Shown: positions 49,958 through 63,026, counted from the stretch's first letter. The stretch: DNA of 64,000 nucleotides from Tubulanus polymorphus (GCF_964204645.1 NC_134034.1:372001-436000), one strand, 5' to 3'. The notes: a model not told the origin generated them from the sequence alone. Program-made: numbers and translations.

Positions 49958-52410
49958 TCAGGTGTTACTTACATGGAAATCATTAAGGAAGCGTAACGAC
50001 GGAGGAAGAATCTTCGTCGAGTCAATTAATAAACACATTAACAATAAACACAGTGAATGAGGTAGATCAATACAGTGAACTGTAGAATCTTTCATCCATA
50101 ACTCACACAATCTGAAAACAAACATCAATTCATAAATCATTGGCCTGGCTTTATACACTGTCTGTATATCCCCCCCTAGACATGTATCACACTTCTTACA
50201 ATTTGTGATCGTCAACACTTTTGTATGTGTTCAGAATTTCACCGGAGAAATATTAAGTTGCAAAACTACAAACACCAGATATTAGATATTTTATCAGATC
50301 GCTTTCGAAAACTGATCGTCCACACTTAGCACACACTTAACGGTCGAAGGGCTGCAGATTGAGAGACTAGAGATAAGATCAGTCAGAATTACAAGTCGTC
50401 TAACTTACCGAGTATTTTTACTAGCACTGTTGTAAAGTATTTTAATCACAGGTTCAGGAATCAAATCGATTTGTTTCATCGATGTTGAAATTCTCTTTGA
50501 GCAGACGTGAGCGTCTTTATCGATAAACCATAACTAAAAACAAACAAACATCAGAACATCGGTTCCGGCGACACAAACCGGCTGCTTCGTGCTTAATTCA
50601 GTAAAACTTACCAAAATATACGGTTTAAATTTACCATTGATTTTACATTCTATGATAAAGCGTCGATTGTTATGAATCTTTACTTGCGAAACCAGAAGGC
50701 GACTTATGTAAACTTCACTGGAAAAATCCCTGAAAATTCAAAATCGAAGACGACAAGAGATTTAAATTCACCTGTCAATTTCAAGCTCAATGAAACTTTA
50801 TCACCGTTATTTATTCTTACTTCGATGAAAGAGCTTTCTCAATTTGCGGGGTCATTGAGTGCGTAATTCTGATGCTGTGATGACGGATTTGAAATGTAGA
50901 ATCACCATTCGCTGAAAACCATGAAAACCGACCGAAATTTTGACAATGGATCCACAGAAATGTGCTCAAGTGACTCGGCCGTTTAGGAGAAACAAGGTAT
51001 CATTTTTAGCCTAGTTGGGTCAAACTGCTATAATATAAAACTCATCTTATTGGTTCAGAGGGCTGCGCTGTAGGAGACCAATCATTATTCTGACAGCCGC
51101 AGGATTCACGTTCTGTCTCCATGAGATTACGTATCAGTCCACTGAGATCTGATCAATTGTAACAGTTTATTTTGAATTTAACTTACCATACTGTTGCATT
51201 TTACCGAGAATATGTCGACACCTGCTGCAAATAACGCAATCACCATCGATCTTCAGCCCTTCGTATTCAACAACATCATCAAAACACAAAGAGAAATACT
51301 GATCACCTACAAAACATTCATCCCTCTTCGGTAGGATAGAGTTGTGAGAGTTCTCGGTGGACGAGTTACAGCACTCCGACGCAGACGAGTTCTTCGTAGG
51401 ATGTTTACAACAATACACGTTTTCCATTATTTCCGTCCAGTCGTCCGAGGGTAAAGGTAAAACACGGCTAAATGGCCTGAAAAACGCGATAATAACAAGA
51501 TTTACATAAATACAGCTAAACTTTTGAGACCCAAACTGTGGAACTGGGTTCAACGATTGTACAGGATCCACAGTTGTAAAAAGTCAAATTTCTGTAGAGA
51601 TCTACAAAATTGTCAATACACTCAACTTACGTATTTCTAGAAATGACTTGCGCGCCACAATTTTGACATTTTGCTTGAAAAAGACTTTGCTGGAATAAGA
51701 ATAAATCCGTCTGTTGAGGAGCTGCGTCTACAGCAGACGGATCGATGTATTCTATATCCGATAACTTCTGTTCCTGAAACAAATACCATTTCATATCAAA
51801 AATAGATTTAAAGTAAACCTACCAGTCTCAAGAAAAATCTAAATTGTTCTCTGATTTCCTCTTATTATATTTTGCAAACTAACCTTGAACTTGTTGATTT
51901 GAACGCGCCATTGTAATTCCTGTGAGCTGGTGAACTGTAACCCACTACACGTTAGAGGTAACATTGAGAAATCTTTCACGCTCAGCTCAGTGACTGTTTT
52001 ACCACCTTTTGAAATGGATAAACCATCCTGGAAAACGCTTATCTCTGATCCAGATGATTTCTGACTGAAATTATAAGTAGTAAGTCAAGATAAAAAGTCC
52101 TGCCAAATTAATTTCTTACAAAAGATGAAAACTTAAAGAGCTCTTCATAGAGCCGAGCAAGCTGTATTTCTCGCTTGCCGTATCGTAAAAAGACGAGAGT
52201 CTACATTTCAAAACACTTCTTTTTTAGGATCCAGTTTTGAATAAAACATAATTGAATTTGTTAATGATTTTCAATACTATCGCAGATATTCTGCCCGATT
52301 TCTAATCAATACCTGATATTTTGACCGTGAACTGCGACCTGTGCAACGCTTAAACGCGGCTTAACATCGATATACACAAATAAATCCTCAAAACACTCGT
52401 TTTCTGTCAT
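49958..52410 (-). CDS. UBE3D: E3 ubiquitin-protein ligase E3D (HECT_2 family)
   Basis: CQNCG, RVLPLPSDDWTEIMENVYCC, CSRCRHILG, C-terminal W..DSTVHCIDLP..C..L..LLIDSTKILPPSLRFLNDFH. The 3' end is uncertain: either the in-frame stop at 49958 or a donor at about 49971 leading to a short extra exon. Confidence 0.8.
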
Positions 52411-52463
52411 TTTATCAATTTTGAAGACAATCCCGGTTAGCGCCGGTGGTTTTCCCCAACTTA

Positions 52464-52495
52464 TGACGTCATTAGGCGAAGAGCTGGTGACGTCA
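52464..52495. promoter_or_regulatory. Bidirectional promoter with two palindromic CRE sites
   Basis: TGACGTCA at 52464-52471 and 52488-52495, inside the 288 bp between the divergent ATGs (52410 and 52699). Confidence 0.7.
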
Positions 52496-52698
52496 TCTAC
52501 GGGAATGCCGGATGTAAAAGGAATCCCGGTATCGTAGCGACGAGAACGCGGAAGATTCAAAATGTCACAATAGCAGACGCTTGAAAGTCGATAAAATCGG
52601 ATTAATTCGGCCGTTTGATAATGTCATCGATTCCTAAAAACTATCGGAATCGAATATTCATAATTTGAAGTGTCCGATCGGTTTGTTTGGATGGAACA

Positions 52699-55600
52699 AT
52701 GGACGACTCCGACCCGAAACATGTCCGTCAAAAAATAATTGACGAAATAAACGACAGCGCTTCGAGAACGACTTCACGGGCTTCGAGTTGGCATTTCAAC
52801 CGCGCCCTGGTGTCTGACAGTACCGCCGATACAGCTGCAGATCTGAATAACGGTCCGTTCAGCACCAGTCAAATATGTGACGTCGAAAACAATAAGAAAA
52901 AGTTAGCGCCGAGCAAAACGAAGTTCGTAATGCCGAAACTTTCCGAGTTAGATATCGGCAGTATGGTGCAAAACTTCGAAACTACCGCAAATACATTCAA
53001 CCAAAATCCCAATTTGACAGGTAACACTAAGCCCAGTTTCATAATGATTAACTCTTAATGAATTAGGCATAACCCTTCTTATTGATAACAATAAGAAATT
53101 ACTTTTTTTGTGAAACTGAATCAGCGCCGTGGTTATACAGCTGGGCGGATATACGAAAATTGGAGGAAGGCCCCGGGGTCCAGAAGAAAAGACAATACAT
53201 TCAAAGCAGTCATTGCCGCGTATCCAACTTCGGTTTTAGATATTTTGAAGAAGTAAATCTGAAAGGTTGCAATTTCAGAGAGGTGTTATAATATTAACAG
53301 GAAAAGCAGCGGAACATCACTGGGAAGGCAGGGGTTCATATCCTCGCCGAGATCACACCCTAAATATGTCCACGTTGCCGGAAACCAATAGACCACCATA
53401 TTCTTATAGATAGCCTAACCCAGAATTGTGGATATTTTGCAGAAGGCGAGAAGTTGGTGAATGTCGCGCTCGGTTTGGACTCGTTGAAAGTAACGCCTGA
53501 TGTGAGTCCCGGCGGAGGTTTACTGTTACCCGACGGTACTCAGCCAGCCGCGTCAGCTCACAGCGCATTGATACTGATGGTACAAAGTGCCGCTGACCGG
53601 ATGTTCCACGTGAGCAGTATCAATAAAGTGACGAAAAAAATATTCCGTAGCGACGACGCGATCGAGAAAGAGCAACAAAGACAGTTCGCAGTAAATCGAT
53701 TTGTTATTCATCCGTTTAGTAAATTCAGGTATTTACAATAAGGGGGGACTGAGTCCCACATTCCTGAACCCAATTCCACAATCCTGGACCTAGTCCCACA
53801 TTCCTGGACCCAGTCCAACATTCCTGGATCCAATTCCACAGTCCTGGACCTAGTCCTACAGTCCTGAACCCAGTCCAACATTCCTGAACCCAGTTCCACA
53901 GTTCTGGACTTTGTTCCACATTTCTGGCCCCGGTTTCTCAGTCCTGGACCCAGTTCCACAGTTCAGGACCCAGTTTCATAGTTCAGGACCCAGTTTCACA
54001 GTTCAGGACCCAGTTTCACAGTTCAGGACCCTGTTTCACAGTTCAGGACCCAGTTCCACAGTTCCAGATTGATTCCCAAACTATAAAAACAAACCCTGTG
54101 CCTACAAGATCCGCACAATAGTTCTAAGACGGTGCTATCTGTTTGTTGTTTGTAGATGGTATTGGGAGATGTTACTGGTTGTTGTACTAGCGGTAGATTT
54201 GATAATACTCCCAATACAAATCGCTTTCTATAACGATGGACCCAGTAAAGAATGGGACGGAATCATGTTGTTTTTTGACGTCGTGTTTATGGTGGACATC
54301 GTCATCAATTTCCGTACAGGCGTCATGACCGAAACGTCCTCTGAGGTAACAGTCTACTTTTCATTTAAAAAAAAACAAACAATTAACACCACAAAAGTCA
54401 TTTTGGCAAAAAGCCCAGTTAGTCGAAGAGGCCATCAGGTCATTCATCACACGCCTCGAATATTGATCGACCCTAACCCTAGATCGTAACCCTAACCCTA
54501 GGTCGACCGTAACCCTAACCCTAGCAGGACTCGAACCTGCGACCACGAACACGCCAGCCGAGCATGCTACCACTAGACCATAGACCAGTAGTGATTGAAC
54601 GAGTTTGTAAGTCAATCTGGTCAGGTGTGGTGACTGGTGACCAGTCAGTGAGGTAACTGGTGACCAGTCAAGTGTGGTAACTGGTGACCAGCCAGTGAGG
54701 TAACTGGTGACCAGTCAGTGAGGTAACTGGTGACCAGTCAGGTGAAGTAACTGGTGACCAGTCAGGGACCAGTTGCTGAAAAGATGTTTAAAGATAACCA
54801 GTTGATGAATACCATAATAACAATGAATTTGTAATTGTCACTATGTCAACTATTTCAACTCTAAGCAACCTTTGAGTATCTGCAGCCCCTGATGTTTTAG
54901 CCTGTTCGGTATCGCAGTATTATCAGAGTATGTTTGTATTTGTAGGTGATATTAAACAGCAAAGCTTTAGCGATACATTATCTGAAGACGTGGTTTTTTA
55001 TCGATCTCGTCTCGTCTGTTCCGTTTGATAAACTATACGAGCTGTTCAGTGGTCAGTCGCTCGGTTCGAGCGATTCAACTGCTTTCTTAGCGTTCAAAGT
55101 GTTCAGGTTAGTGAGATAACTATCATCAATCCGCTATCTGTACCCATCACCCCATCACAACCGATGAATACACGACAGAAATCCCACAACAATTTCAGCC
55201 AAGGATGGAAAGTTCTTAAAATATATATTAGCCATCATCAAGAGTACTCAACACGCCTGATGATGGCTAATAGTCTTTAGCCGAAACGTTACTCACAGTA
55301 AGGCACTTTTTATCCAAGAACTTTTCAGCTTCAGCTCAATTTATTGTGGGATTTCTCTCTTTGTCCCGGTCCTTTTTATTGTCTAGTTTTTATTTTTTGT
55401 TTTTGTAACAAGAGAAAAGATCTATATATGAATCATCCGCGGAAACCTTTTAAAACAAAAGTGCGCGGTTTTATCATTATATTATATGTTGTATTTATGG
55501 CGCAGGTTGGTGAAGTTATTGAGTCTACTGCGGGTTTTACGGATGGCCAGACTTCTGCGATACGTTCAGAAATTGGAAGAGGTATCATTTACGACACGAA

Positions 55601-58600
55601 CAATTTCGAGATGAATTTTACGAACGGAAAACGCGTCTAAAAAATTGGAAATTCAATTTAGGAAAACTAACATCTTTTTACACGAATTTTCTCTATTTTC
55701 TCCGCGCAGTTTTTGAACATCCAAGAGTCGTTTATACGTATTATAAACCTGGTTGTGTTCATCCTGTTATTGTCTCACTGGAATGGATGTATGCAGTATT
55801 TTGTCGTCGCTATTGAGAATTTCCCCGCGGATTCTTGGGTCGTGCGTATGAACGTCATGGTCAGTACTATCGTAATATGAATTCGGTATCTTTCAAAGCA
55901 GTTTAACCCGCTGATACACAACCACGCCCGCCTAAACCCCACGACCACCCAGTTCCACAGTTTCCAGTTTAGATTTGACTTTGGAGTTAACTTATTGAAA
56001 ATGAATTATTTTTTACTCTAACTCACAACTGTGGAACTGGATCCATGGTTTTGGGGAACCGAAGATCTGCATTTTGTCCCAGTTGTCTTGGCTCGTAAGT
56101 CAAAATTACCCCCTGATATATCGCCATATTCTCTGTGTTGTATCGCGACTCTCCACTGCTCCTAAACGCCGGTCTAACGACTGAATGTGATTATTATTAT
56201 TTCTCTGTGAATTTTTTGTAGAACGGCACTATTTGGGAGATGTACACGTTATCAGTATTTAAAGCTATGTCTCACATGTTAAGTATCGGATACGGTCGCG
56301 CCCCTCCTGTATCAGTCACTGATACCTGGTTAACTATGGCCAGTATGTTACTGGGAGCCACGTTCTACGCGCTGTTCATCGCGCACATGTCTTCACTTCT
56401 TATCGGTATCGACTACTCCGGACGACTTTACAACGAGAAGGTATGTTGAAAGGGAGTGGTGAGAGGATGAGGTTACGAGGGGGAGTGAGGGGAGGGAGTC
56501 GAATAAATGTAGACTGTGTAATTATTAGAGAAAATAAGATTTGTGAAAAAATTATTTTTTATTTCCTCATGGGTACGTACTTGCTTGGGTTGGTGGGAGA
56601 GGGAGAGCTGGCGGGGTTGAGGGGATGGGGAAGCTGGTGGGGTTGAGGGGAGGGGGAAGCTGGTGGGGTTGGTGGGAGGGGGAGATGTACTTCTACACAT
56701 GATGTGCAATTTTTGCCCCCAAAAAAAGCCGCATAAACTAAGAATAGAAACTGTTTGAGAACGACGCCCACTTGTTATAGCTATAGATATTGTTTACTGT
56801 GATCATTATCGTATTTGGAAGTCATATTGTTTCCATATTTCTCTCAGTATTTTGTAAGGTTTCTCTTCCTCTCTCCCTCTCTCTCTCTCTCTCTCTCCCT
56901 CCCTCTCACTCGCTCTTCCAGTTATAATTGCATTTCGACTCGACGTCTCACTCAATCTCTTCTACACTTGTAGCTGGCTCAAGTAAAAGAATACATGAAG
57001 TTCCGTCACGTTCCGCATCTCACCAAACAACGAGTTTTACAATATTACGAACAGAAATATCAACGTAAATATTTCGACGAGAACGCCATCCTGTCTCAGA
57101 GGAGTATGTCATCTGGATTGCGTAAGGTATAAATCTTTATTCTCTCGTCGAGTTCTAACAGTTTCACATCGAAGTTTAGGAGCCGCTGTCGGTCAACAGT
57201 TGGTTCGAGTGGATAGTGGACATAGTGACAATAAATACTTCATAGTTACTATGGTATTTATCCATCTGTTATCTTTAACTAACTTTCCAGCAACTGCTGC
57301 AACTGACCTCAAATGATTTACTCTAAAGAACTTAACAGTTCAATATTTCAGTCAAAGGTCGAGTTTCCGAAGTGGTTTTGACTCCTAAATCGAACCTGAG
57401 GTTACTATTTTGAGTCGAGATTTGAAAAAAAGAATATTTAAGTTGTTGCTACCGTAGCTAAACGCATCCGACAACTGTACAAATGGATCCCTGTTTTTTT
57501 TTTCAATCTAATACGTGTACAATCTTAACGTTTCAAAATTTGACATTTTTTTAAGTTCTAAGAAATCTTGTTAATATTCTCTTCGATTTTGCAGGAGATT
57601 CTTCTGCATAATTGTCAAACGTTAGTCGAGAAGGTGCCGTTTTTAGCTCGAGGGCCTCCTGAGTTTATTATGGATATAATCGGGCACCTGAAATTTGAAG
57701 TATTCCTAACCGGGGACACGATCATCACAGCAGGTGCGTATCTGACCGAAACTCGCGAACTTTCGCGGATTCTAGAATCTGTTTATTTTTGTTGGTATTT
57801 TATTTTCAGGAGCCACTGGTCGGTGTATGTATTTTATTGAACACGGTAAAGTTGAAGTGATTCTGCCAAACGGTAAAGTTGTAAATCGTCTCGGCGATGG
57901 ATACTATTTCGGAGGTAAGTGTCTGACCAGAGGTTTGAGATCATAGACCACCAACAGACCAAGTTCCGCAGTTCAGGATCCAATTCTACAGTTCAGGATC
58001 CAATTCTACAGTTCAGGATCCAATTCTACAGTTCAGGATCCAATTCTACAGTTCAGGATCCAATTCTACAGTTCAGGATCCAATTCTACAGTTCAGGATC
58101 CAATTCTACAGTTCAGGATCCAATTCTACAGTTCAGGATCCAATTCTACAGTTCAGGATCCAATTCTACAGTTCAGGATCCAATTCTACAGTCCTGGATC
58201 CAATTTTGTAGTCCTGGATGCGGTTCCACAGATGTGGCTAGATTTGAGTTCAGAACTATATGAAACTGGATCCAGAACTGTTCAACCGAGTCCGGGACTG
58301 TAGGAAGCGATTTCGAAATTGTGTTGGAACTGGTTCCAGAACTGTGGAACTGGTTCCAGAACTGTAGAACGGATTTCGAAACTGTGTTGGAACTGGTTCC
58401 AGAACTGTGGAACTGGTTCCAGAACTGTGGAACTGATTTCAAAATTGTGTTGGACTCCTGAAGTGTGGAACTGAGTCCTGAACTGTGGAACTTTCTCTAG
58501 CATTTTTCTAAGAAAAAAAAAACATTTTGATAATATGAATTGTATGTGAATGTTCACAGAAATCTCGTTACTGATGGACGAGCGTCGAGTGGCGTCAGTT

Positions 58601-58771
58601 GTAGCTGTTGAGAATTGTGACGTGTTCGTGTTGACGCGAAGCGCGTTCAATGAGATCCTAGACGAACATCCGTACATGCAGGAGATCATGGAAACAGTGG
58701 CTACTGAGAGACTGGAGGCCATCAAACAGATACTGGAACCTTCTGGGTTCGATTCGGACGAGGAGAAGTGA
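52699..58771 (+). CDS. HCN-like (hyperpolarisation-activated cyclic nucleotide-gated) channel
   Basis: HCN domain IEKEQQRQ..FVIHPFSKFRWYW. S2 DIVINFRTG. HYLKTWFFIDLVSSVPFD. S4 FRLVKLLSLLRVLRMARLLRYVQKLEE. SHWNGC. Pore FKAMSHMLSIGYGRAPP. C-linker VKEYM..YYEQKYQRKYFDE. CNBD FEVFLTGD..GDGYYFGEISLL..RRVASV. The stop at 58771 overlaps a possible donor (gtgagt), so a further exon is possible. Confidence 0.9.
54471..54770 (-). mobile_element. Composite element with tRNA-like head and TTAGGG-like tail, copy B
   Basis: GGTCTATGGTCTAGTGGT...GCAGGTTCGAGTCCTGC followed directly by TAGGGTTAGGGTTA blocks. Upstream ACTGGTCACCAGTTACC repeats. Confidence 0.6.
57962..58205. repeat. 20-bp tandem repeat CAATTCTACAGTTCAGGATC, about x12
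   Basis: Directly visible. Confidence 0.95.
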
Positions 58772-60699
58772 GTATTGAAATAACATTTAAAACCGTTCAA
58801 ATCGATATCAGGATTAAACACAAATTGCAACCAGGAACCGACACCATGGAATCCACAGATTCTAACTCACAGCTAGAGATGCCTGAATCCTCGCTACACA
58901 TATCTCTAACATTCTACCAATTTCATTTTCTACTGATCTGAATCGTTCAAATCATAAATTTGGTCCTAATTTTGAAAGACGCTGAACGGAAATCTCTATA
59001 TTTTTCTAATTTCGACTCGTGGATCTAGGTGGACCGGTCTAAATAAACTTTGGTACGATTCGATAAAAGCCAGAGGTGCGTCGTGTGTGAATTCAACGTA
59101 TAAACCCTGTAGGAGCATGCGTCCCTCCTGACCACCACTCATCAACCCGACCGCGTGTGACGTCACCGTATTCTCTCCACTAGTAGGCGTCCAACCATTT
59201 ACACTCAAACTCTTTACGCGTTTTAGTCGCCGCTTTACTGAAGTCATCTTTATTTGTCTTTATTTGTAAATTTCCGATTAAATTAACTAAATGTAAGTCG
59301 TCAACTGCGGTGTAGACGCACTGAAATGGTTAATGATGATCACAAATACGACGATTTTCTAAGCGGCGAGTTTGACTTCACTAATTCTGACGCCAATCAC
59401 AAATTCTCTGGTGGCAATTTGAACAAAATGAAGATGATTTTGTCTTTGAGGGACGCCTGCTATGCCGGGGGAATACGGTTAAGACTCATATTAAACACAA
59501 GCCGACATGAATTCGATTAAATAATCTATGTTTATTTCTGTGAATTTACAGTGAACATGTAATGAACGTGGCCGAACATCAAGCTTCCAGTATCAGCCAA
59601 CAGGGCGGCGCTATATCGTCGTCTGCCAGAGCAACCGGTTACCAAGGTGACATTCCCAGAATTGATGTCTAGAACTTTAATCCCATAGGGGGCGTGCACA
59701 GTCGCGAGACCTGGCCCGGTATATATCCCTATTGGTTCTATGACCAATTAAACAAATGTTTATAAGAGTTCAAAACTGTAGAACTGCTGGGCCATGGATG
59801 ATTTAACATTATATTTAACTTTGAATAGATTAATAATTTTAATCAACCCGATCGTAATTCAACCGGCGGCAAGGTGAAGGTCAGGGGATAATCGGTGCCG
59901 TATTAAACAAATGTCCAATGAATGATTCTCATTGAAATAATTCTCCAAATGAAAATGTCTTTTAAAACTCCATTCTTATCATCGGATCTTTCGTGTAAAT
60001 ATTTGATAAATTATTCACGTATCGTCTGCTATATGTCAAGGTCACATCCTACGCCGACGTCACGTGACCGGAGATGACCACGTCCCTCCTCGTTATTCGA
60101 TGTATGACGATTATTTATTGTAAATGTTAAAAAAATATTTTCTATTTTTGTTGCTGTTTTTTTTTTTACACGAATGAATTTTGAAACTTGTTGTTGTTGT
60201 TGAAATGAATCCTTATCGCTCGTCCGTCCATTAACTTTATTGTTATCGATTGCGCGAAATGTTTTGATGATTAAAATGCTCCGTCATGTTGCATGTTTGA
60301 AAATACAATTCTGTACATACGGGACTTTATAAAATTTCCCATAATACAATCCGATCTGCCGTTGCTACGATACGTTTCTACATTATTGGTAAATATTCGT
60401 CGCAACGATGTAACGTATCGCTTAGCAACCGCATTGTTGTGGATACGTGATGATGAAAATGTTAAAAGTTTCTGTTGAAATTGTTGTTTGTAGTTGTTAT
60501 ATTTGTAATGATATTTCTGCACATACCGCTCCAATAGCTCGTATAGCATCCCTCACCACTCTTTATGTTCAGTGGTTGTGAATTCAAAACTTATTACATA
60601 TAAAATATGAAAAATGTGATGAAAGATTTCTTTTGTTTGTAATTGTTTTTTCTTCTTGAGGAGTTTGCAGACCTTACTAAACTTTCCAATTTCCCCGAC

Positions 60700-60980
60700 T
60701 CCTGGTGTATGATGACAGTGTCCTCCTGATCCCTGGCGGTGTGTGGTGACAGTGTCCTCCTGATCCCTGGCGGTGTGTGGTGACAGTGTCCTCCTGATCC
60801 CTGGCGGTGTGTGATGACAGTGTCCTCCCGACCCCTGGCGGTGTATGCTGACAGTGTCCTCCCGATCCCCTGGCGGTGTGCGATGATAGTGTCCTCCCGA
60901 CCCCTGGCGGTGTGTGATGCCAGTGTCCTCCCGACCCTGGCGGTGTGCGATGATAGTGTCCTCCCGATCCCTAGCGGTGT
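60700..60980. repeat. About 34-bp tandem repeat downstream of the GPCR stop
   Basis: GACAGTGTCCTCCYGATCCCTGGCGGTGTGTGRT. Confidence 0.9.
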
Positions 60981-61006
60981 TAGTTCACACCGAGACGTTT
61001 CTCTTG

Positions 61007-61993
61007 TTAACCCTTGCTGCTCCGGACGACGCAGTATTTTACACTCTGAATTACAGTCGTACGAACTTCTTTTCCAAGCAATAGATAAATATAGAAATTC
61101 ACTACGTAATTACAACTGTGCAGCAACGAAATTCCCGCTAGGAGGCGCTCCATATCTTCGATCGGCATCGACACGTATATCGACAACGTCGTCGGTAGCG
61201 TAGCAACGATAAAAACGGCCGTCACTGTTACCAGCATAACGGTCGTTTGGCGGTTCCGAGCTATAGATGTTTTATTACTACTAGCGCCCCCTGTCGCGTC
61301 GAATTCGGGTTGCCGGTTAAGGCTGACAACAATGATGACATTAGCGACGGTTGTCAACAACATGGGGACGATAAACACGTATGTGACGGCGTACGTGAAA
61401 ATTATATTTTGATAACGACTTCCGCCCGAATAATGGCAGCCATTTTGTCGCGTATAACGCATGTGCACCACTCCCTGGAATGGACTGACCAATAAACAGT
61501 TTAACAGTATTACAATGCAGGAAATTTTGCGGGCAATGGCCGGGCTACAGACCTGTCGTGCTGAAAACGGCCATAATACGACAACAAGTCTCTCCACAGC
61601 GACCACGACTACGAACCAGCTGCTCGAGTGCGAACAAACCAGGAAAAAATACTCATAAATTATGCAAATCGGTAAACTTTTTATGCATGACGTCACTAAC
61701 GATTCGGTTGAGTATTGGACGGCGGGCATTAGTGCCAGACCTATCGATGAACCGAGGTCGGTTAGCGCCAACACGGTCAAATAGGTAGCGTAGGATAAAC
61801 GCCGGAATCGTCTGCTTGTCATAACGAATATACTAGCCAGATTACCGACCAATCCGAATCCGAAAACAATCAACAGTCCGCTGAATACGATTCGTCTGTT
61901 TGCCGGCTTCATCCGGGATAGATTCGTCAATACAATATAGGTCCAATAGGGTTTACTGACTGGTGGCGTCGCCCCTTCAGTAGACGAGTTCAT
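61007..61993 (-). CDS. Intronless class A GPCR (invertebrate peptide-receptor-like, FMRFamide/sex-peptide-receptor-type group)
   Basis: 328 aa with seven hydrophobic segments: GLVGN (TM1), YLTVLALTD (TM2), SSWFVVVVAVERL (TM3), TLP (TM6), NYVVNFYIY (TM7). N-terminal N-glycosylation sequon. Confidence 0.9.
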   Translation of the reverse strand: MNSSTEGATPPVSKPYWTYIVLTNLSRMKPANRRIVFSGLLIVFGFGLVGNLASIFVMTSRRFRRLSYATYLTVLALTDLGSSIGLALMPAVQYSTESLVTSCIKSLPICIIYEYFFLVCSHSSSWFVVVVAVERLVVVLWPFSARQVCSPAIARKISCIVILLNCLLVSPFQGVVHMRYTRQNGCHYSGGSRYQNIIFTYAVTYVFIVPMLLTTVANVIIVVSLNRQPEFDATGGASSNKTSIARNRQTTVMLVTVTAVFIVATLPTTLSIYVSMPIEDMERLLAGISLLHSCNYVVNFYIYLLLGKEVRTTVIQSVKYCVVRSSKG

Positions 61994-62513
61994 TTCCTCT
62001 TTGCGACAACAGATTCTTGATTCAGAGATGATCTTACTGTAATGCTATCTGCTATTAGAGTGCCTGCTACAATTTCCACCTAAAGCTCAATCATCTATCA
62101 TTTTCTAAATGATTCATTTTGCGCACTAGTGACGTTTTGTAAATGGTGAAATCAATTTCAAACTGCCGATGATTATTTGAAATCATCCTCTACCGGTTGA
62201 GGGCAGACATAAAAATATCAGACACTCGTAACGGTCTTATGTCTATATTTCTACTTGTTTGAAAAGATTTTGTCGGGGCCGCAACTCATTGAATTCTGAC
62301 CTGACATCGCGTCGAACCAGCACGGACGATGGGCAGCCGAACTAAAACATAGGGATATTTTTCGGTGTTTTGTGGTTTGAATAACCTGTAGTACCCTGAT
62401 TTGAAACCCTGCGAAAAGCTGCAATCAGTCGATCTGTGACGTAACGATTCATGTTGCTATATCGAGCTAGTTGATTAAGTTCAACAATGTTTTCTGTTAA
62501 ATGCTCAAAAATG

Positions 62514-63026
62514 TTGATGCGCGTGGATGTTATTAAACACGACTCGGATGAAGATGAAATCATCAACGTTGTTGATGATGATGATGATGATGACGATGCC
62601 AGTGGTCCAGCAGCAGCAGCCGCTACAAAGCGGCAACTGGTCTCGGGTCCTAGCATCCACACGTCACCGGCAAAACCTACACCTCATAGGCCCGATACAG
62701 GCCTAAACCGTCACCAAAACTTTCGACGATATCTAGCGCCCCCTAGTGGTGATCGCGTATGTCGTCTGTTGAAGTTAGCGCGCGATCTCGGTCGATTACG
62801 TCATCAAACTACACCACGTGACGGAACTACGGCGCAAATGACTGATAACCTTCACCTTCCAAACTTGCAGGACGAAGCCAGGAGCGGAGCCTCGGGAATT
62901 CCAGATGCAAAAAGGCCCGAAACTACTGATAGAACTACCGTCTGCGGAAGGAGGAAGGTCTACAGCGTCGCAGAGAAGTTGGATATTGATGTCGACCATT
63001 CAGTTTTCAAAGGTGATGAAATTTAA
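62514..63026 (+). CDS. Hypothetical acidic protein or pseudogene, ending in a truncated HTH-like motif
   Basis: About 170-aa open frame with a poly-D tract. RRKVYSVAEKL resembles the start of Brinker/CENP-B/pogo HTH domains, but the frame stops shortly after. Confidence 0.3.
   Translation: MMRVDVIKHDSDEDEIINVVDDDDDDDDASGPAAAAATKRQLVSGPSIHTSPAKPTPHRPDTGLNRHQNFRRYLAPPSGDRVCRLLKLARDLGRLRHQTTPRDGTTAQMTDNLHLPNLQDEARSGASGIPDAKRPETTDRTTVCGRRKVYSVAEKLDIDVDHSVFKGDEI

Noticed and set aside
54471-54590. Telomerase RNA candidate
   Set aside because: The strand implied by the Pol III boxes carries G-rich UUAGGG rather than the C-rich template, and the element is multicopy.
58996-60549. Several 60-90-aa ORFs between the HCN-like gene and the GPCR
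   Set aside because: No recognisable motifs or consistent splice structure, and the lengths are compatible with chance.
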